From NCBI GenBank assembly GCA_028871455.1, contig JAGWNF010000001.1, positions 84,349-108,348 of the forward strand: a DNA stretch of 24,000 nucleotides, read 5' to 3'. Both the position numbers and the translations under genes were made by a program. How positions within the stretch are numbered: the first letter of the stretch is position 1; each line of letters begins with the position of its first letter. The notes below the pieces were generated by a model. The model did no database searches and was not told where the DNA came from. It was given only the letters and a program-made list of their open reading frames with translations. Shown one piece after another: positions 1 to 9,778 of this stretch. This DNA is from Alphaproteobacteria bacterium. GTDB lineage: Bacteria; Pseudomonadota; Alphaproteobacteria; ATCC43930; CGMCC-115725.

Positions 1-1288
1 AAACGGCAATTTCGCGGCGCGCTAGTCCGGCGTCAACGTCGCCGCGCCGCCAGCCGACTGTCGGCACCGCGGCCAAACCGCCGTCGTCGAACAGACCGGG
101 CAGCGTCGCCCGAACCACCGCCGGCACCTCGTCGCCACAGCCGTCGGCCGCGAGCCGCGCAGCGTCCTTGCGACCGACCGCGCTCACGGTGAAGCCGGTC
201 GACGCCTCGGCAGGCAGCGCAACCATGAACCGGCCGTCCCATAACAGATGGCCGCCCGGCGCCACCGCCTGGCTGGCGGCGACCGCCGCCGGTTCGCGAC
301 ACGCCAGGACGCGCCCCGGCTTGGGCAGCAGTTCGCAACCGCCCAGGGTACGGCCGCCCGAAAGGCCGTCCCGCAGCTCACGGTAAAGCCGTTCGAGAGA
401 TTCGAGCCGCGGCGGATAATCCGCGCCGCCGACCGTAATCAATACTGCGGCCAGAGCGCGCAGACCGATCTCTTCCGGTGCCGCGATCAGCGCTGGCATT
501 TCAAGTTCGGCGAAGCCGCAGGGATCGATCGTCACGGCGCGCGCCAGAACCTCGGCGAGCATCGTCTCGAGCGCCGCGCGCGCGCGCCGGAGATGCGCCG
601 CGGTCGCGACCAGCCGATCCGCCGACAATCCCTCCTCCGCCAGCATGGTGCGTGCCGCGCGCAATCGCACGCGCTGGAACGCCGGATCGCGATTCATCGG
701 ATCCTCGACATGGGCGACGCCCAGCGCCTTCAGCGTGGCGCGCAGCCGCTGCGGCGGCACGTCGAGCAGCGGACGGAGCACGCGACAGGCACGCCGCGCG
801 CTTTCCGGCGCGATGCCGCCGAGACCGTCGAGACTGCTGCCGCGTGCCAGACGCATCAGCACGGTCTCGGCCTGGTCGTCGCGGTGGTGAGCGGTCAGCA
901 GATGCAGCACACCGTGTTGTTCGCACCAAGCTTCCAACAGCCGGTAGCGCGCCCGGCGCGCCGCCTCCTCGAGATTCGCGGCGGCCGGCGGGTCGGCGCA
1001 GACCAGAATGCGATGCGCGACTCCGTGCGCGGCCAAGGTGCGCGCCACTTCGGCCGCCTCGCGCTCCGATTCGGGACGCAGCCGATGATCGACGATTAGT
1101 GCGGTGATCTCGCCGCCGCGCGCCTTTGCCCAGCCGTCGGCGAGAAAAGCGAGCGCCAAGCTGTCGCCGCCGCCAGAACAGGCGACCGCGAGATGCGGTT
1201 GCGGCTCGAACGGCGCGAAGCGCGCCATCAGCGGTTCGAATTCGGCCGCGACGAGCGGCGTCATCGAGCCGGCGACCGCGCCCTCCAT
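1..1288 (-). CDS. tilS: tRNA(Ile)-lysidine synthetase TilS; 3' end runs off the window
   Basis: Absent from the supplied ORF track because this frame has no stop inside the window. I checked every tta/cta/tca in that frame by eye from 1288 down to 2. My translation from ATG 1288 gives MEGAVAGSMTPLVAAEFEPLMARFAPFEPQPHLAVACSGGGDSLALAFLADGW..., which contains the PP-loop SGGxDS motif of TilS. It starts 3 nt after the cpoB stop, the usual tol-pal-cpoB-tilS order. Alternative start at ATG 1264. Confidence 0.8.
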   Translation of the reverse strand, partial: MEGAVAGSMTPLVAAEFEPLMARFAPFEPQPHLAVACSGGGDSLALAFLADGWAKARGGEITALIVDHRLRPESEREAAEVARTLAAHGVAHRILVCADPPAAANLEEAARRARYRLLEAWCEQHGVLHLLTAHHRDDQAETVLMRLARGSSLDGLGGIAPESARRACRVLRPLLDVPPQRLRATLKALGVAHVEDPMNRDPAFQRVRLRAARTMLAEEGLSADRLVATAAHLRRARAALETMLAEVLARAVTIDPCGFAELEMPALIAAPEEIGLRALAAVLITVGGADYPPRLESLERLYRELRDGLSGGRTLGGCELLPKPGRVLACREPAAVAASQAVAPGGHLLWDGRFMVALPAEASTGFTVSAVGRKDAARLAADGCGDEVPAVVRATLPGLFDDGGLAAVPTVGWRRGDVDAGLARREIAV

Positions 1289-1291
1289 CGC

Positions 1292-2143
1292 TCAGCAGCC
1301 GAGATGCTGCTTCTCGGCCGCGGCCGGGCCGCGCACGTTCGCCGGCAGCTGGCGGAAATCGCGCTCGAGGCGCTGCAACGCGGTGCATGCATTGGCCTTC
1401 TGGCCCATATTGCCGAGCGACATGGCGAGCTTCAGCAGATCGTCCGGCGCCTTGCTGCTCTTCGGATATTTCTGATAGCCCTCGGCGAAAGCGATCGCGG
1501 CATCCTTCCAATTCTTGCGGACGTAATAGGTCTCGCCGAGCCAGTACTGCGCATTGCCGGCGAGCGGATCTTTGGGATTTTCGGCGACGAACGTCCGCAG
1601 CGCCTGCTCGGCGCCGGGATAGTCGGCGCGCCGCAGCAGGGCGAAGGCGTTTTGATACTGCTGGGCCGGTGTCAGCGCGGCCGCGGCGCCGGCGGCAGGC
1701 GCCGCGCTTGCCTCGGCCGACGGCGCGCCCGGCTGTGTTGACGCCGGCGGGCCGTTCTCGCCGGCGACATGCCCGTGCTCGAGCGCGGTCAGTCGCATGT
1801 CGACGTCGCTCGACAGCTTGGTGACGCGGTCGTTGAGCTGGCTGATCGAGTTGTTGATGACCTGGAACTGACCTGTGAGATCGCGCACCTCGCCTTCGAG
1901 CCGCGCCAGCCGGTCTTCGGTCTGCAACACGGCCGGACCGGTGACTTCCGGCGCGCCGCTGTCGGCAGCTGTCGGGGGCGCGCTGCTGCCCCGATACACC
2001 TGGCGTTCGAGCGCGCTGAGGTCGCGCTCGATCCGATCGAGCCGGTCGTTCAATGCGGCGGTGTCGCCTGTGTTCTGCGCCCGCGCGGCCGGCACCGTGC
2101 CGAGCAGTATGGCGGAAGCGAATAAAATGATCAGGGGGCGCAT
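1292..2143 (-). CDS. cpoB: Tol-Pal associated cell-division coordinator CpoB/YbgF (periplasmic coiled-coil plus TPR protein)
   Basis: Track ORF is 1292..2164. The internal ATG 2143 gives a clean signal peptide, MRPLIILFASAILLGTVPAARAQ. There is an N-terminal coiled coil (LNDRLDRIERDLSALERQVY) and a C-terminal TPR-like part (AQYWLGETYYVRKNWKDAAIAF). Lies immediately downstream of pal. Confidence 0.85.
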   Translation of the reverse strand: MRPLIILFASAILLGTVPAARAQNTGDTAALNDRLDRIERDLSALERQVYRGSSAPPTAADSGAPEVTGPAVLQTEDRLARLEGEVRDLTGQFQVINNSISQLNDRVTKLSSDVDMRLTALEHGHVAGENGPPASTQPGAPSAEASAAPAAGAAAALTPAQQYQNAFALLRRADYPGAEQALRTFVAENPKDPLAGNAQYWLGETYYVRKNWKDAAIAFAEGYQKYPKSSKAPDDLLKLAMSLGNMGQKANACTALQRLERDFRQLPANVRGPAAAEKQHLGC

Positions 2144-2186
2144 GACGGCCGCGATCCTTGGCATCCCCAGTGATGATCGAGCATTA

Positions 2187-2214
2187 GGGCAAAAAAAGGG
2201 CGCCTGCCCTCCGC
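2187..2214 (-). terminator. Possible weak intrinsic terminator or attenuator between pal and cpoB
   Basis: The minus strand reads GCGGAGGGCAGGCGCCCTTTTTTTGCCCT. The stem is GGGC/GCCC with a 4-nt loop, extendable by A-T and G-U pairs, and is followed by a run of 7 T. The stem is short, so the call is uncertain. Confidence 0.4.
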
Positions 2215-2274
2215 GACTGGTCGGTCGCCGGTAGGGAGCAGGCGCTCCGTGGTCCGATCAGACGTCTCGATGCG

Positions 2275-2748
2275 CTACTGGACGACAGTCACGCCGCGGC
2301 GGTTCTGCGCCCACGCTGCCTCGTTGTCGCCGATAACGGCCGGACGCTCCTTGCCGTAGCTGATCGTCGTGATGCGATTCGGATCGATTCCGAGTGCGAC
2401 CAGCGCACGCTTGACCGCGTTGGCGCGACGCGCGCCGAGCGCCAAGTTGTATTCACGCGTACCGCGATCGTCGCAGTGGCCTTCGACCGTCACCTTGACA
2501 TTCGGATACTTCTTCAGCCATGCCGCCTGGCGCTCGAGCGTCTTCTCGCCTTCCGGCTTTATGTCAGACTTGTCGAAATCAAAGAACACGCGATCGCCGA
2601 CATTTTGAACGAAATCTTCGCGCGAACCCGGCGCGATGGTCGCCGTCGTCGTCGCGGTTCCGGCGGCACCACCACCCGTTTGCGGCGCGCTCTGGCATGC
2701 CGCCAGGAACAACATCGCCGCGATCACACAAAGTGACCGAAAATTCAT
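2275..2748 (-). CDS. pal: Peptidoglycan-associated lipoprotein Pal (OmpA-like domain)
   Basis: Track ORF is 2275..2844. The internal ATG 2748 is preceded by AAGGAG (rc of 2755-2760, 6-nt spacer). It gives the lipoprotein signal MNFRSLCVIAAMLFLAAC with lipobox LAAC. OmpA-like C-terminus: GHCDDRGTREYNLALGARRANAV, NRRGVTVV. Confidence 0.9.
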   Translation of the reverse strand: MNFRSLCVIAAMLFLAACQSAPQTGGGAAGTATTTATIAPGSREDFVQNVGDRVFFDFDKSDIKPEGEKTLERQAAWLKKYPNVKVTVEGHCDDRGTREYNLALGARRANAVKRALVALGIDPNRITTISYGKERPAVIGDNEAAWAQNRRGVTVVQ

Positions 2749-2828
2749 TGTCCACTCCTTGTTGGAATCTTGATCGTGACGGCAGCGCCCGGAGGGGCCC
2801 CCATGCCACGCCTGAAACCACCTCGCAT

Positions 2829-2870
2829 CAGGCTTATGGCGCAAATAATGTCGCGGCGACTATAAGCCTG
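2829..2870. repeat. Perfect 9-bp inverted repeat (CAGGCTTAT ... ATAAGCCTG) with a 24-nt spacer in the tolB-pal intergenic region
   Basis: Read directly: caggcttat at 2829-2837 and ataagcctg at 2862-2870. Function unknown; it could be an RNA stem-loop in the tolB-pal transcript or a protein binding site. Confidence 0.5.
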
Positions 2871-2876
2871 AAATCA

Positions 2877-4196
2877 TTAGGGGAGCAAGGGGGACCAAGC
2901 CGGATCGGAGGCGTCCGTCGGCGTCACGAGTTCGCGCTCGTTGTACCCCGTCAGGTCGATCGTGTAGAGGCGGCTCGAGGCGCCGCGGCCACGCGCATCG
3001 GCCGGCGTCTGTCGGAAATAGATCAACACGCGGCCATTCGGCGCCCAACTCGGACCCTCGACGAGGAACCCGCTGGTCAGCAGGCGCTCGCCCGATCCGT
3101 CCGGATGCATGACGCCGATGTAGAACTGGCCATTGTCGATCTTGGTGAAGGCGATCAGGTCGCCGCGCGGCGACCACACCGGCGTGCCGTAGCGTCCGGA
3201 GCCAAAGCTGATGCGGTGGATGTCGCTGCCATCGGCATTCATCACGTAGAGCTGCTGCGAACCGCCGCGGTCTGAATTGAACACGATGTGCTGGCCGTCG
3301 GGCGAGAAGCACGGCGACGTATCAATCGCGTTGGTATGCGTGATCTGGACCGCGCGCCGCGTGCGCAGGTCGAGCGTGTAGATGTCGCTGGCACCGTTGA
3401 CCGACAGGCTCATGATCACGCGGTTACCGTCCGGCGAAAAGCGCGGCGCGAACGTCATGCCCGGGAAATCACCGAGCACCTCCTGCTGACCGGTATCGAT
3501 ATTGAACAGATACACGCGAGGCGTGCCGCTGCGGTAAGAGAGATAGGTGATCTCCTGCGTCGACGGCGAGAAGCGCGGCGTAAGCACCAGCGAGCGGCCA
3601 TCGGTCAGATAGCGGTTGTTGTAGCCGTCCTGGTCCATGATGGCGAGACGCTTGATGCGGTGATCGAGCGGGCCGCTTTCGGCGATGTAGACGATGCGGG
3701 TGTCGAAATAGCCGTCCTCGCCAGTGATCCGCTTGTAGACCGCGTCGGCGATGATGTGGGCGATGCGGCGCCAATTCGAGGCGGTCGTGGTATAGCGCAG
3801 CCCGGTCAGTTGTTGCTGCGCGAAGACATCCCACAGGCGAAACTCGACCTGGACGCGGCCGTCGGGCATCTGATTGGCGTCGCCGGTGATAAGCGCCTGG
3901 GCGTTGATCACGCGCCAGTCGTTGTAATTCGGTGGGATATGCGACGCCGGATCCTTGTCAACGAAAGCCTGCGGATCGATCGGCTTGAAGAGGCCGGAGC
4001 GCTCGAGATCGGCGGACAGCACCTGGGTGATGTCCGCCGCCGCCTGCGCGGTACCGGCGAAACGGGGAATCGCAATAGGCAGCGGCTCAATCTTGCCGCG
4101 CGTGATGTCGAGATGGAGTTCGGCGCGCGCGGAGAGCGGAAGGGCGCAGAGCGCGCCGAGCAACAGCAGGGTCAGCGGGCGGAGCAGGCGATTCAT
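2877..4196 (-). CDS. tolB: Tol-Pal system periplasmic beta-propeller protein TolB
   Basis: Track ORF is 2877..4241. The internal ATG 4196 gives signal peptide [25 protein letters not shown] and overlaps the tolA stop as ATGA (4196-4193). TolB N-domain followed by repeated beta-propeller blades ([36 protein letters not shown]). Confidence 0.92.
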   Translation of the reverse strand: MNRLLRPLTLLLLGALCALPLSARAELHLDITRGKIEPLPIAIPRFAGTAQAAADITQVLSADLERSGLFKPIDPQAFVDKDPASHIPPNYNDWRVINAQALITGDANQMPDGRVQVEFRLWDVFAQQQLTGLRYTTTASNWRRIAHIIADAVYKRITGEDGYFDTRIVYIAESGPLDHRIKRLAIMDQDGYNNRYLTDGRSLVLTPRFSPSTQEITYLSYRSGTPRVYLFNIDTGQQEVLGDFPGMTFAPRFSPDGNRVIMSLSVNGASDIYTLDLRTRRAVQITHTNAIDTSPCFSPDGQHIVFNSDRGGSQQLYVMNADGSDIHRISFGSGRYGTPVWSPRGDLIAFTKIDNGQFYIGVMHPDGSGERLLTSGFLVEGPSWAPNGRVLIYFRQTPADARGRGASSRLYTIDLTGYNERELVTPTDASDPAWSPLLP

Positions 4197-5008
4197 GAGC
4201 GAAGATCCTTGGGATCGAAGGTTATGGTGAAGTTCTGCCATTGGTCATATTTTTGTGGCGGAAGTTTGAGCGGCTGACAGCTCGGATTGAACAAGGCGCG
4301 ACGTGCGCTGTCCGCCGCCGCCTGGAAGAAGGGGTCGCTCAGACGCTCGGGGTTCATGAGCGTCGCAGAACGCACGGTCCCGTCAGGATTCATCGTGACC
4401 CGGAATTCCGGCGTCAAGTCCTGGGCGTCGCGCGCGCCCGCCGGCACGTTCCAGCATTGTTCGATCTGTTGTTTGACGAGATCGAGTTCGCTCACCGAAA
4501 GCTGCGAGCCGAGGGGTGCGATCGGCTGCGACGACGGCTGCGGCTTTTTGGCCGGCTGCGTCGTCGGCTGCTCCCGCGGTAGCGGCTTTGCCGCCAGATT
4601 CTTGAGCAGCGTGTCGAAGGCGAGGTCCTGCCGCTTCTGCGCTGGCAGCGGACGCGGCGGTTCAGGCGGTTGCGTCTTGGCTTCGGGCTTCGGCGGCGAA
4701 GGCTTTTCGGGAACCTTCACCTCGGCCGGCCGGGGCTTGGGCGGCGGCACGGTCTTCGATTGCGGCGGCGTCGGCGGCGTCGGTTTCTTGGGCTCGGCCT
4801 TGGCCACCTTGGTCGAGGCCTTTTCGGTCGGCGGCGTGAACGTCTTCATCATCGCGAGGGTCTTCGGACCGATATTCACGATCTGCACGACGATCGGCTG
4901 CTCCTCGGCGAGACGTGCCCGGAAGAGCGACGGCAGGCCGAGGACCACCGCCAGCACGACCATGAGATGCAGAACCGCCGAATAGATGAGTCCGCGCCGT
5001 TCCGGCAT
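4193..5008 (-). CDS. tolA: Tol-Pal system protein TolA (N-terminal TM anchor, Pro/Lys-rich linker, C-terminal TolA domain)
   Basis: From ATG 5008 the protein begins [29 protein letters not shown] (TM helix). A long PKP/PPP-rich region follows ([38 protein letters not shown]), then a conserved C-terminal domain. Position between tolR and tolB fits. Alternative GTG start at 5032, 1 nt after the tolR stop. Confidence 0.75.
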   Translation of the reverse strand: MPERRGLIYSAVLHLMVVLAVVLGLPSLFRARLAEEQPIVVQIVNIGPKTLAMMKTFTPPTEKASTKVAKAEPKKPTPPTPPQSKTVPPPKPRPAEVKVPEKPSPPKPEAKTQPPEPPRPLPAQKRQDLAFDTLLKNLAAKPLPREQPTTQPAKKPQPSSQPIAPLGSQLSVSELDLVKQQIEQCWNVPAGARDAQDLTPEFRVTMNPDGTVRSATLMNPERLSDPFFQAAADSARRALFNPSCQPLKLPPQKYDQWQNFTITFDPKDLRS

Positions 5009-5033
5009 GTTGTCGAAATGCGCAACCGACACG

Positions 5034-5492
5034 TCAGCGCCGCAGGGCCTTCTCGTTGGTACCCGGCAGCTCGGCAATCAGCGACACTTTCGTGAAGCCG
5101 GCCGAACTGACGATGCCCATGATCTCGAGCACACGGCCGTAGTCGATTGCGCGGTCGCCGCGTACATAGATCGTCGCGTTCGGATTGTTGTTCGTCACGG
5201 CGATCAGCCGTGGACCGAGGTCCTTGGAATCGATCTTGCTGTTCTGGAGATAGACATCGCCCTTGGCATCGATAGTGATCACCAAAGGTTCCTTCGGCTC
5301 GTTGATCGTCGGCGCCTGGGTTTGCGGCAGATTGACCGGCACACCCACCGTGAGCAGCGGCGCCGTGACCATGAAGATAACGAGCAGCACGAGCATGACA
5401 TCGACCATCGGGGTCACGTTGATCTCGGACATCGGTCGGTAACGGGCTTGTCGACCTCCGGCCTCGCGTGACCCAGGCAGCATCGCCGCCAT
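5034..5492 (-). CDS. tolR: Tol-Pal system protein TolR (ExbD/TolR family)
   Basis: SEINVTPMVDVMLVLLVIFMV is the ExbD/TolR TM signature. I prefer ATG 5492, 1 nt after the tolQ stop, over the track start at 5534. Confidence 0.88.
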   Translation of the reverse strand: MAAMLPGSREAGGRQARYRPMSEINVTPMVDVMLVLLVIFMVTAPLLTVGVPVNLPQTQAPTINEPKEPLVITIDAKGDVYLQNSKIDSKDLGPRLIAVTNNNPNATIYVRGDRAIDYGRVLEIMGIVSSAGFTKVSLIAELPGTNEKALRR

Positions 5493-5493
5493 C

Positions 5494-6270
5494 TTAATGC
5501 GCCTTCTCGTCGAGCTGACGCGACAGGATCGCACTGAACTCGGTCGCGAAAGCCTGCAGGCGGCCGGCGTAACGGCTGAAGTCGGTCGAGAACTTGTTGT
5601 AGGCGACTACCGCTGGAATCGCGGCAACGAGACCGAGCGCAGTCGCGAACAGCGATTCAGCGATGCCCGGCGCGACCACCGCAAGGCTGGTGTTCTTGAC
5701 CGCAGCGATCGCCTGGAAGCTGTTCATGATGCCCCAGACGGTACCGAACAGGCCGACGAACGGCGCGGTCGAGCCGACGGTGGCCAGGAACGGCATGTAG
5801 CGCTCGAGACGATCCATCTCGCGGCCGAGTGTGATCTGCATGACGCGCTCGACACGTTCCTTGAGATTGGCGCGCATGCTCGTGCTTTCGATCAAACCCT
5901 TCGCAACACTGCGTCGCCACTCGCGCATGGCGGCGGCGAAGACCGCCGACATCGGATCCTCGGGCCGCTCGCCGACACGGTCGTAGAGATCGTCGAGCGA
6001 ACCACCCGACCAGAAGCTTTCCTCGAAATGTTCGGCGTCGCGGTGAAGGCGCCGCAGTTTGCTCGTCTTGTCGAAGATCACTGCCCACGACCAGAACGAG
6101 GCCGCGAGCAGCAGGAAGAGCACGAGCTTGACGATCGTGTCGGCCTGCATGAATAGCCCGAACATCGAAAGATCGTGCGGTGCCGCGGAACCGGCGAGGG
6201 CAAGCTGGTCGACGGGCGCCGGCGGACTGGCGAGCGCGTTCACGGCGTTGTCGATGACGTTACCGGCCAT
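5494..6270 (-). CDS. tolQ: Tol-Pal system protein TolQ (MotA/TolQ/ExbB proton channel)
   Basis: Three predicted TM segments (IVKLVLFLLLAASFWSWAVIF; FLATVGSTAPFVGLFGTVWGI; LFATALGLVAAIPAVVAY) and family-typical motifs. The start overlaps the ybgC 3' end by 11 nt. Confidence 0.9.
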   Translation of the reverse strand: MAGNVIDNAVNALASPPAPVDQLALAGSAAPHDLSMFGLFMQADTIVKLVLFLLLAASFWSWAVIFDKTSKLRRLHRDAEHFEESFWSGGSLDDLYDRVGERPEDPMSAVFAAAMREWRRSVAKGLIESTSMRANLKERVERVMQITLGREMDRLERYMPFLATVGSTAPFVGLFGTVWGIMNSFQAIAAVKNTSLAVVAPGIAESLFATALGLVAAIPAVVAYNKFSTDFSRYAGRLQAFATEFSAILSRQLDEKAH

Positions 6271-6736
6271 TGGCTTTGATCACCTTGGGAGTTGCGGAGG
6301 TTTGAGGGGTAAATAGCGCGACGGCCGCCGCGAGCGGCGGCGGCAAGCGCGTCGGCCGGCCGCTTTTGGCGACACAGACGACAGTGCAGGTCATGACGAA
6401 AAGGCGCGTCTGGGCGCGCGTGATTTCCTGTTCGAGATCGATCGCCGCGCCCGTGGCGCTGAGCACGCGCGTGTGGACGACGAGGTCGTCGTCGAGGTGC
6501 GCCGGCGCAAGATATTCCGCCGCGAGTCTGTGAACCGCAAGGACGACGCCGGATTCGTCGCGCAGCCGGCCATGCGACGCGCCGAGCGCACGGATCGCCT
6601 CGCTGCGCGCCCGTTCGGCGAACTTGAGATAATTGGCGTAGTAGACGACACCACCGGCGTCAGTATCCTCGTAATAGACGTGAACCGGAAAGCGGTGAAC
6701 GCCATCGAACAGGCGCCCTTCGCGTGGCAGAGTCAT
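6260..6736 (-). CDS. ybgC: Tol-Pal associated acyl-CoA thioesterase YbgC (4HBT hot-dog fold)
   Basis: [34 protein letters not shown] matches the YbgC/4HBT N-terminal catalytic region. ATGA overlap with the ruvB stop (6736-6733). Lies directly upstream of tolQ. Confidence 0.85.
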   Translation of the reverse strand: MTLPREGRLFDGVHRFPVHVYYEDTDAGGVVYYANYLKFAERARSEAIRALGASHGRLRDESGVVLAVHRLAAEYLAPAHLDDDLVVHTRVLSATGAAIDLEQEITRAQTRLFVMTCTVVCVAKSGRPTRLPPPLAAAVALFTPQTSATPKVIKANGR

Positions 6737-7785
6737 GCCCGCTCCTCCTCGGCATCCTTCGCCGCAAGCAGGTCGAGCTGCGCGCCTTTGGAACGGATCG
6801 GCTTCAGACCGAGATAGCCGAAGCCGGAATCGGTCAGCATGCGGCCGCGCGGCGTGCGATGGACGAAGCCCTGCTGAACGAGATAGGGCTCGATCACATC
6901 CTCGATGACGTCGCGTTCCTCGCCAAGCGCGGCCGCGACCGTCTCGGCGCCGACCGGCCCGCCGCCGTAGTTGCGCGCGATGCAGAGGAGATAGCGGCGA
7001 TCCATGGCATCGAGTCCATGGCCGTCGACTTCGAGGCGCTGCAGCGCCGCGTCAGCGATTTTGGCGTCAATCCGCGGCGTGCCCCCCACGGCTGCAAAAT
7101 CGCGCACGCGGCGCAGCAGGCGCGACGCCACGCGCGGCGTGCCGCGCGACCGGCGCGCGATCTCGTTCGCCCCCTTGTCGTCGAGCGTCATGCTGAGCAC
7201 CCGCGCGCCGCGCGCGACGATCTCGCGCAGTTCGGCCGCCCCGTAAAACTGCAGCCGCAGCGGGATACCGAAGCGCTCGCGCAGCGGTCGCGTGATGAGG
7301 CCCGCACGCGTGGTCGCACCGATGAGTGTGAAAGCCGGCAAGTCGATGCGGACGGATCGCGCTGCCGGTCCCTCGCCGATGACGAGGTCGAGCTCGAAAT
7401 CCTCCATCGCCGGATAGAGCACTTCCTCGACTGCCGGCGCGAGGCGGTGGATTTCGTCGATGAACAGCACGTCGCGCGGCTCGAGGTTGGTCAGAATCGC
7501 GGCAAGGTCGCCTGCACGCTGGATTACCGGACCCGAGGTCGCGCGAAAGCCAGCGCCCATCTCGCGCGCGATGATCTGCGCCAGCGTCGTCTTGCCGAGT
7601 CCGGGCGGCCCCGACAACAGCACGTGATCGAGCGCTTCGCCACGCGCCCGCGCCGCTTTGATAAAAACCGCGAGATTGTCGCGCACCGTCTTCTGACCGA
7701 CAAACTCGGCCAAGGTCGCCGGACGCAGCGACAGTTCGGCGTCCTCGGGCCTGCGATCGGCCGACAGGATGCGCGGCGCCGTCAC
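6733..7785 (-). CDS. ruvB: Holliday junction branch-migration ATPase RuvB
   Basis: [58 protein letters not shown] contains the Walker A motif. DEIHRL contains the Walker B/sensor region. The GTG start overlaps the ruvA stop as GTGA (7785-7782). Confidence 0.95.
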   Translation of the reverse strand: MTAPRILSADRRPEDAELSLRPATLAEFVGQKTVRDNLAVFIKAARARGEALDHVLLSGPPGLGKTTLAQIIAREMGAGFRATSGPVIQRAGDLAAILTNLEPRDVLFIDEIHRLAPAVEEVLYPAMEDFELDLVIGEGPAARSVRIDLPAFTLIGATTRAGLITRPLRERFGIPLRLQFYGAAELREIVARGARVLSMTLDDKGANEIARRSRGTPRVASRLLRRVRDFAAVGGTPRIDAKIADAALQRLEVDGHGLDAMDRRYLLCIARNYGGGPVGAETVAAALGEERDVIEDVIEPYLVQQGFVHRTPRGRMLTDSGFGYLGLKPIRSKGAQLDLLAAKDAEEERA

Positions 7786-8372
7786 CGGGCGAGCCCCCGC
7801 AAGCCGGCGCGAATCAGGGCGTCAAGCCGGGCCGACGGACCGAGCCGGCGCGCGGCTTCCGCCACGGCGCCATAGGCGTCGCCGCGCGGATAACCGAGAT
7901 TGACCAGCGCCGAAACCGCGTCCGTGGTGGCACCGTCCGCCGGTTCGGCGACGATCGCGACCGGCGACAGCGCCGCCGCCTTATCCTTGAGCTCGGTCAG
8001 GATGCGGCTGGCAAGTTTCGATCCGACGCCGTCGGCGTGCGTGAGCGATGCGCGGTCCTGTGCGGCGATCGCGGTCGCCAGCTCAGTCGGTGAAAACGCA
8101 CCGAGAATGGCCATCGCGATGCGCGCGCCAACGCCCTGCACGCCGAGCAGCAGCCGAAACCAGGCGCGCTCGGCCTCGTCGAAGAAGCCGTAGAAGTGGA
8201 TGTGGTCCTCGCGCACATGCGTCTCGATGTGCAACCGCAATGGCTCGCCGTGCGCCGGCGCCTTGGCAAGGCTGCGCGACGAGCAGAACACGTGATAGCC
8301 GACGCCGTTGACATCGAGCACCAGGCTGTCGATGCCGACCTGATCGACTCTGCCAGCGAGCATCGCAATCAC
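7782..8372 (-). CDS. ruvA: Holliday junction DNA-binding protein RuvA
   Basis: The track ORF extends to 8630, but that extension is Arg-rich junk overlapping ruvC. A GTG at 8372, overlapping the ruvC TGA as GTGA, gives (M)[30 protein letters not shown]. This aligns with the canonical RuvA N-terminus MIGKLKG... Alternative start at ATG 8363. Confidence 0.9.
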   Translation of the reverse strand: MIAMLAGRVDQVGIDSLVLDVNGVGYHVFCSSRSLAKAPAHGEPLRLHIETHVREDHIHFYGFFDEAERAWFRLLLGVQGVGARIAMAILGAFSPTELATAIAAQDRASLTHADGVGSKLASRILTELKDKAAALSPVAIVAEPADGATTDAVSALVNLGYPRGDAYGAVAEAARRLGPSARLDALIRAGLRGLAR

Positions 8373-8881
8373 CGCCGGGCCTCCGTGCCGACGACGCGGC
8401 TCGCCCACGCCCGGGCACTGCGTGCATGATGGGCGTGGCAGATGGCGACGGCGAGCGCGTCGGCAGCATCGGCAACCGCAACGGTGCCGGGCAGCAGCTT
8501 GCGCACCATCAGCGCCACCTGCCGTTTCTCCGCGTGGCCGAAGCCGACCACCGATTTCTTGATCAAGTTGGCGGGATACTCGTAGACCGGCAGGCCGCGC
8601 TCCGCCGGCGTCAGCAGGACGACGCCGCACGCCAAGCCGAGCTTCAAAGTGGACGCCGCGTTACGATTGACGAAGCTTTCCTCGACCGCCGCCGCTTCCG
8701 GCGCGTACCGATCGAGCACAGCGCCGAGGCCGCGGAACAATTCGGCGAGCCGGTCGGCGAGAGGCCCGGATGCCGCTACCGCGACGACGCCGCAATCGAC
8801 GTGGCGCAGTCGATTCCCCTCGGCGTCGATGATGCCCCAGCCGGTTCGACGCAGCCCGGGATCGAGCCCGATGAGTCGCAT
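8369..8881 (-). CDS. ruvC: Crossover junction endodeoxyribonuclease RuvC
   Basis: MRLIGLDPGLRRTGWGIIDAEGNRL... is the RuvC N-terminal catalytic Asp motif. Length of 170 aa is typical. Confidence 0.93.
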   Translation of the reverse strand: MRLIGLDPGLRRTGWGIIDAEGNRLRHVDCGVVAVAASGPLADRLAELFRGLGAVLDRYAPEAAAVEESFVNRNAASTLKLGLACGVVLLTPAERGLPVYEYPANLIKKSVVGFGHAEKRQVALMVRKLLPGTVAVADAADALAVAICHAHHARSARAWASRVVGTEARR

Positions 8882-8910
8882 GGCCGGTTACCGGCCGCTG
8901 TCCGGCGGCC

Positions 8911-9654
8911 TCACGCGCTCAACCGCGCCATGATGTCGTCGGACACTTCGAAGTTCGCGAACACGTTCTGCACGTCGTCGCTATCCTCTAGGTTCTCAAG
9001 GAGCTTGAACAATGCCTCGGCGTCGTCGCGGCCAATTGGCGTATTCGTCTTCGGACGCCAGACCAGACGCGCGGCGCGCGGCGCGCCAAACCTGCGCTCG
9101 AGGTCGTCGCGCACCGCATTGAGGCTATCCGGTCCGCAAGTCACCACGCGCTCGTCGCCTTGGATCTCTACATCGTCGGCGCCCGCCTCGACCGCGACTT
9201 CGAACAGCGCGTCGAAATCCACGCCGTCCGGAAAGACGATCTGGCCAACGCGGTCGAACAGGAAGCTCACGCTGTTGGTCTCGCCGAGACTGCCGCCGAC
9301 CTTGGTGAAGGCGGCGCGAATCTCGCTGGCGGTGCGGTTGCGGTTGTCGGTCAATGCCTCGACAATCACTGCGACGCCGCCCGGCCCGTAACCTTCGTAG
9401 CGGACCTCTTCGTAACTCTCGGTGTCGCCGCCGCCGCCGCGCTTGATTGCGCGCTCCATCGTGTCGCGCGGCATGTTCGCTTCCTTGGCCGCCATCACGG
9501 CCGCGCGCAGCCGCGGATTGGTGGCGGGGTCGGCGGACCCCGTCTTCGCGGCGGCGGTCAACTCGCGGATGATCTTGGTGAAGACCTTGGCGCGCTTTTT
9601 ATCCTGCGCGCCTTTGCGATGCATGATGTTCTTAAATTGGGAATGTCCGGCCAT
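8911..9654 (-). CDS. yebC: YebC/PmpR (TACO1) family DNA-binding transcriptional regulator
   Basis: The internal ATG 9654 gives the highly conserved [28 protein letters not shown]-terminus. The track start at 9717 adds 21 non-conserved residues. Upstream of ruvC, as in many bacteria. Confidence 0.9.
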   Translation of the reverse strand: MAGHSQFKNIMHRKGAQDKKRAKVFTKIIRELTAAAKTGSADPATNPRLRAAVMAAKEANMPRDTMERAIKRGGGGDTESYEEVRYEGYGPGGVAVIVEALTDNRNRTASEIRAAFTKVGGSLGETNSVSFLFDRVGQIVFPDGVDFDALFEVAVEAGADDVEIQGDERVVTCGPDSLNAVRDDLERRFGAPRAARLVWRPKTNTPIGRDDAEALFKLLENLEDSDDVQNVFANFEVSDDIMARLSA

Positions 9655-9778
9655 CTGCCATTCCGGCGGCAAAATGAAGTCGCCCGACCATACCACATCG
9701 GGTGAATCTGCAGCCATCCGCCCCGCTTGCCCCCGCGGTCATTCAGCCGAGGCAATATGGCAGGATTACGGCGGCGGC

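Noticed and set aside
8373-8630. N-terminal 86-residue extension of the ruvA ORF, and similar extensions of pal, tolB, tolA, tolR, yebC, UDG and ispE in the track
   Set aside because: The extensions are non-conserved, Arg-rich, and overlap the upstream gene. Internal starts restore canonical N-termini, signal peptides or RBS spacing.
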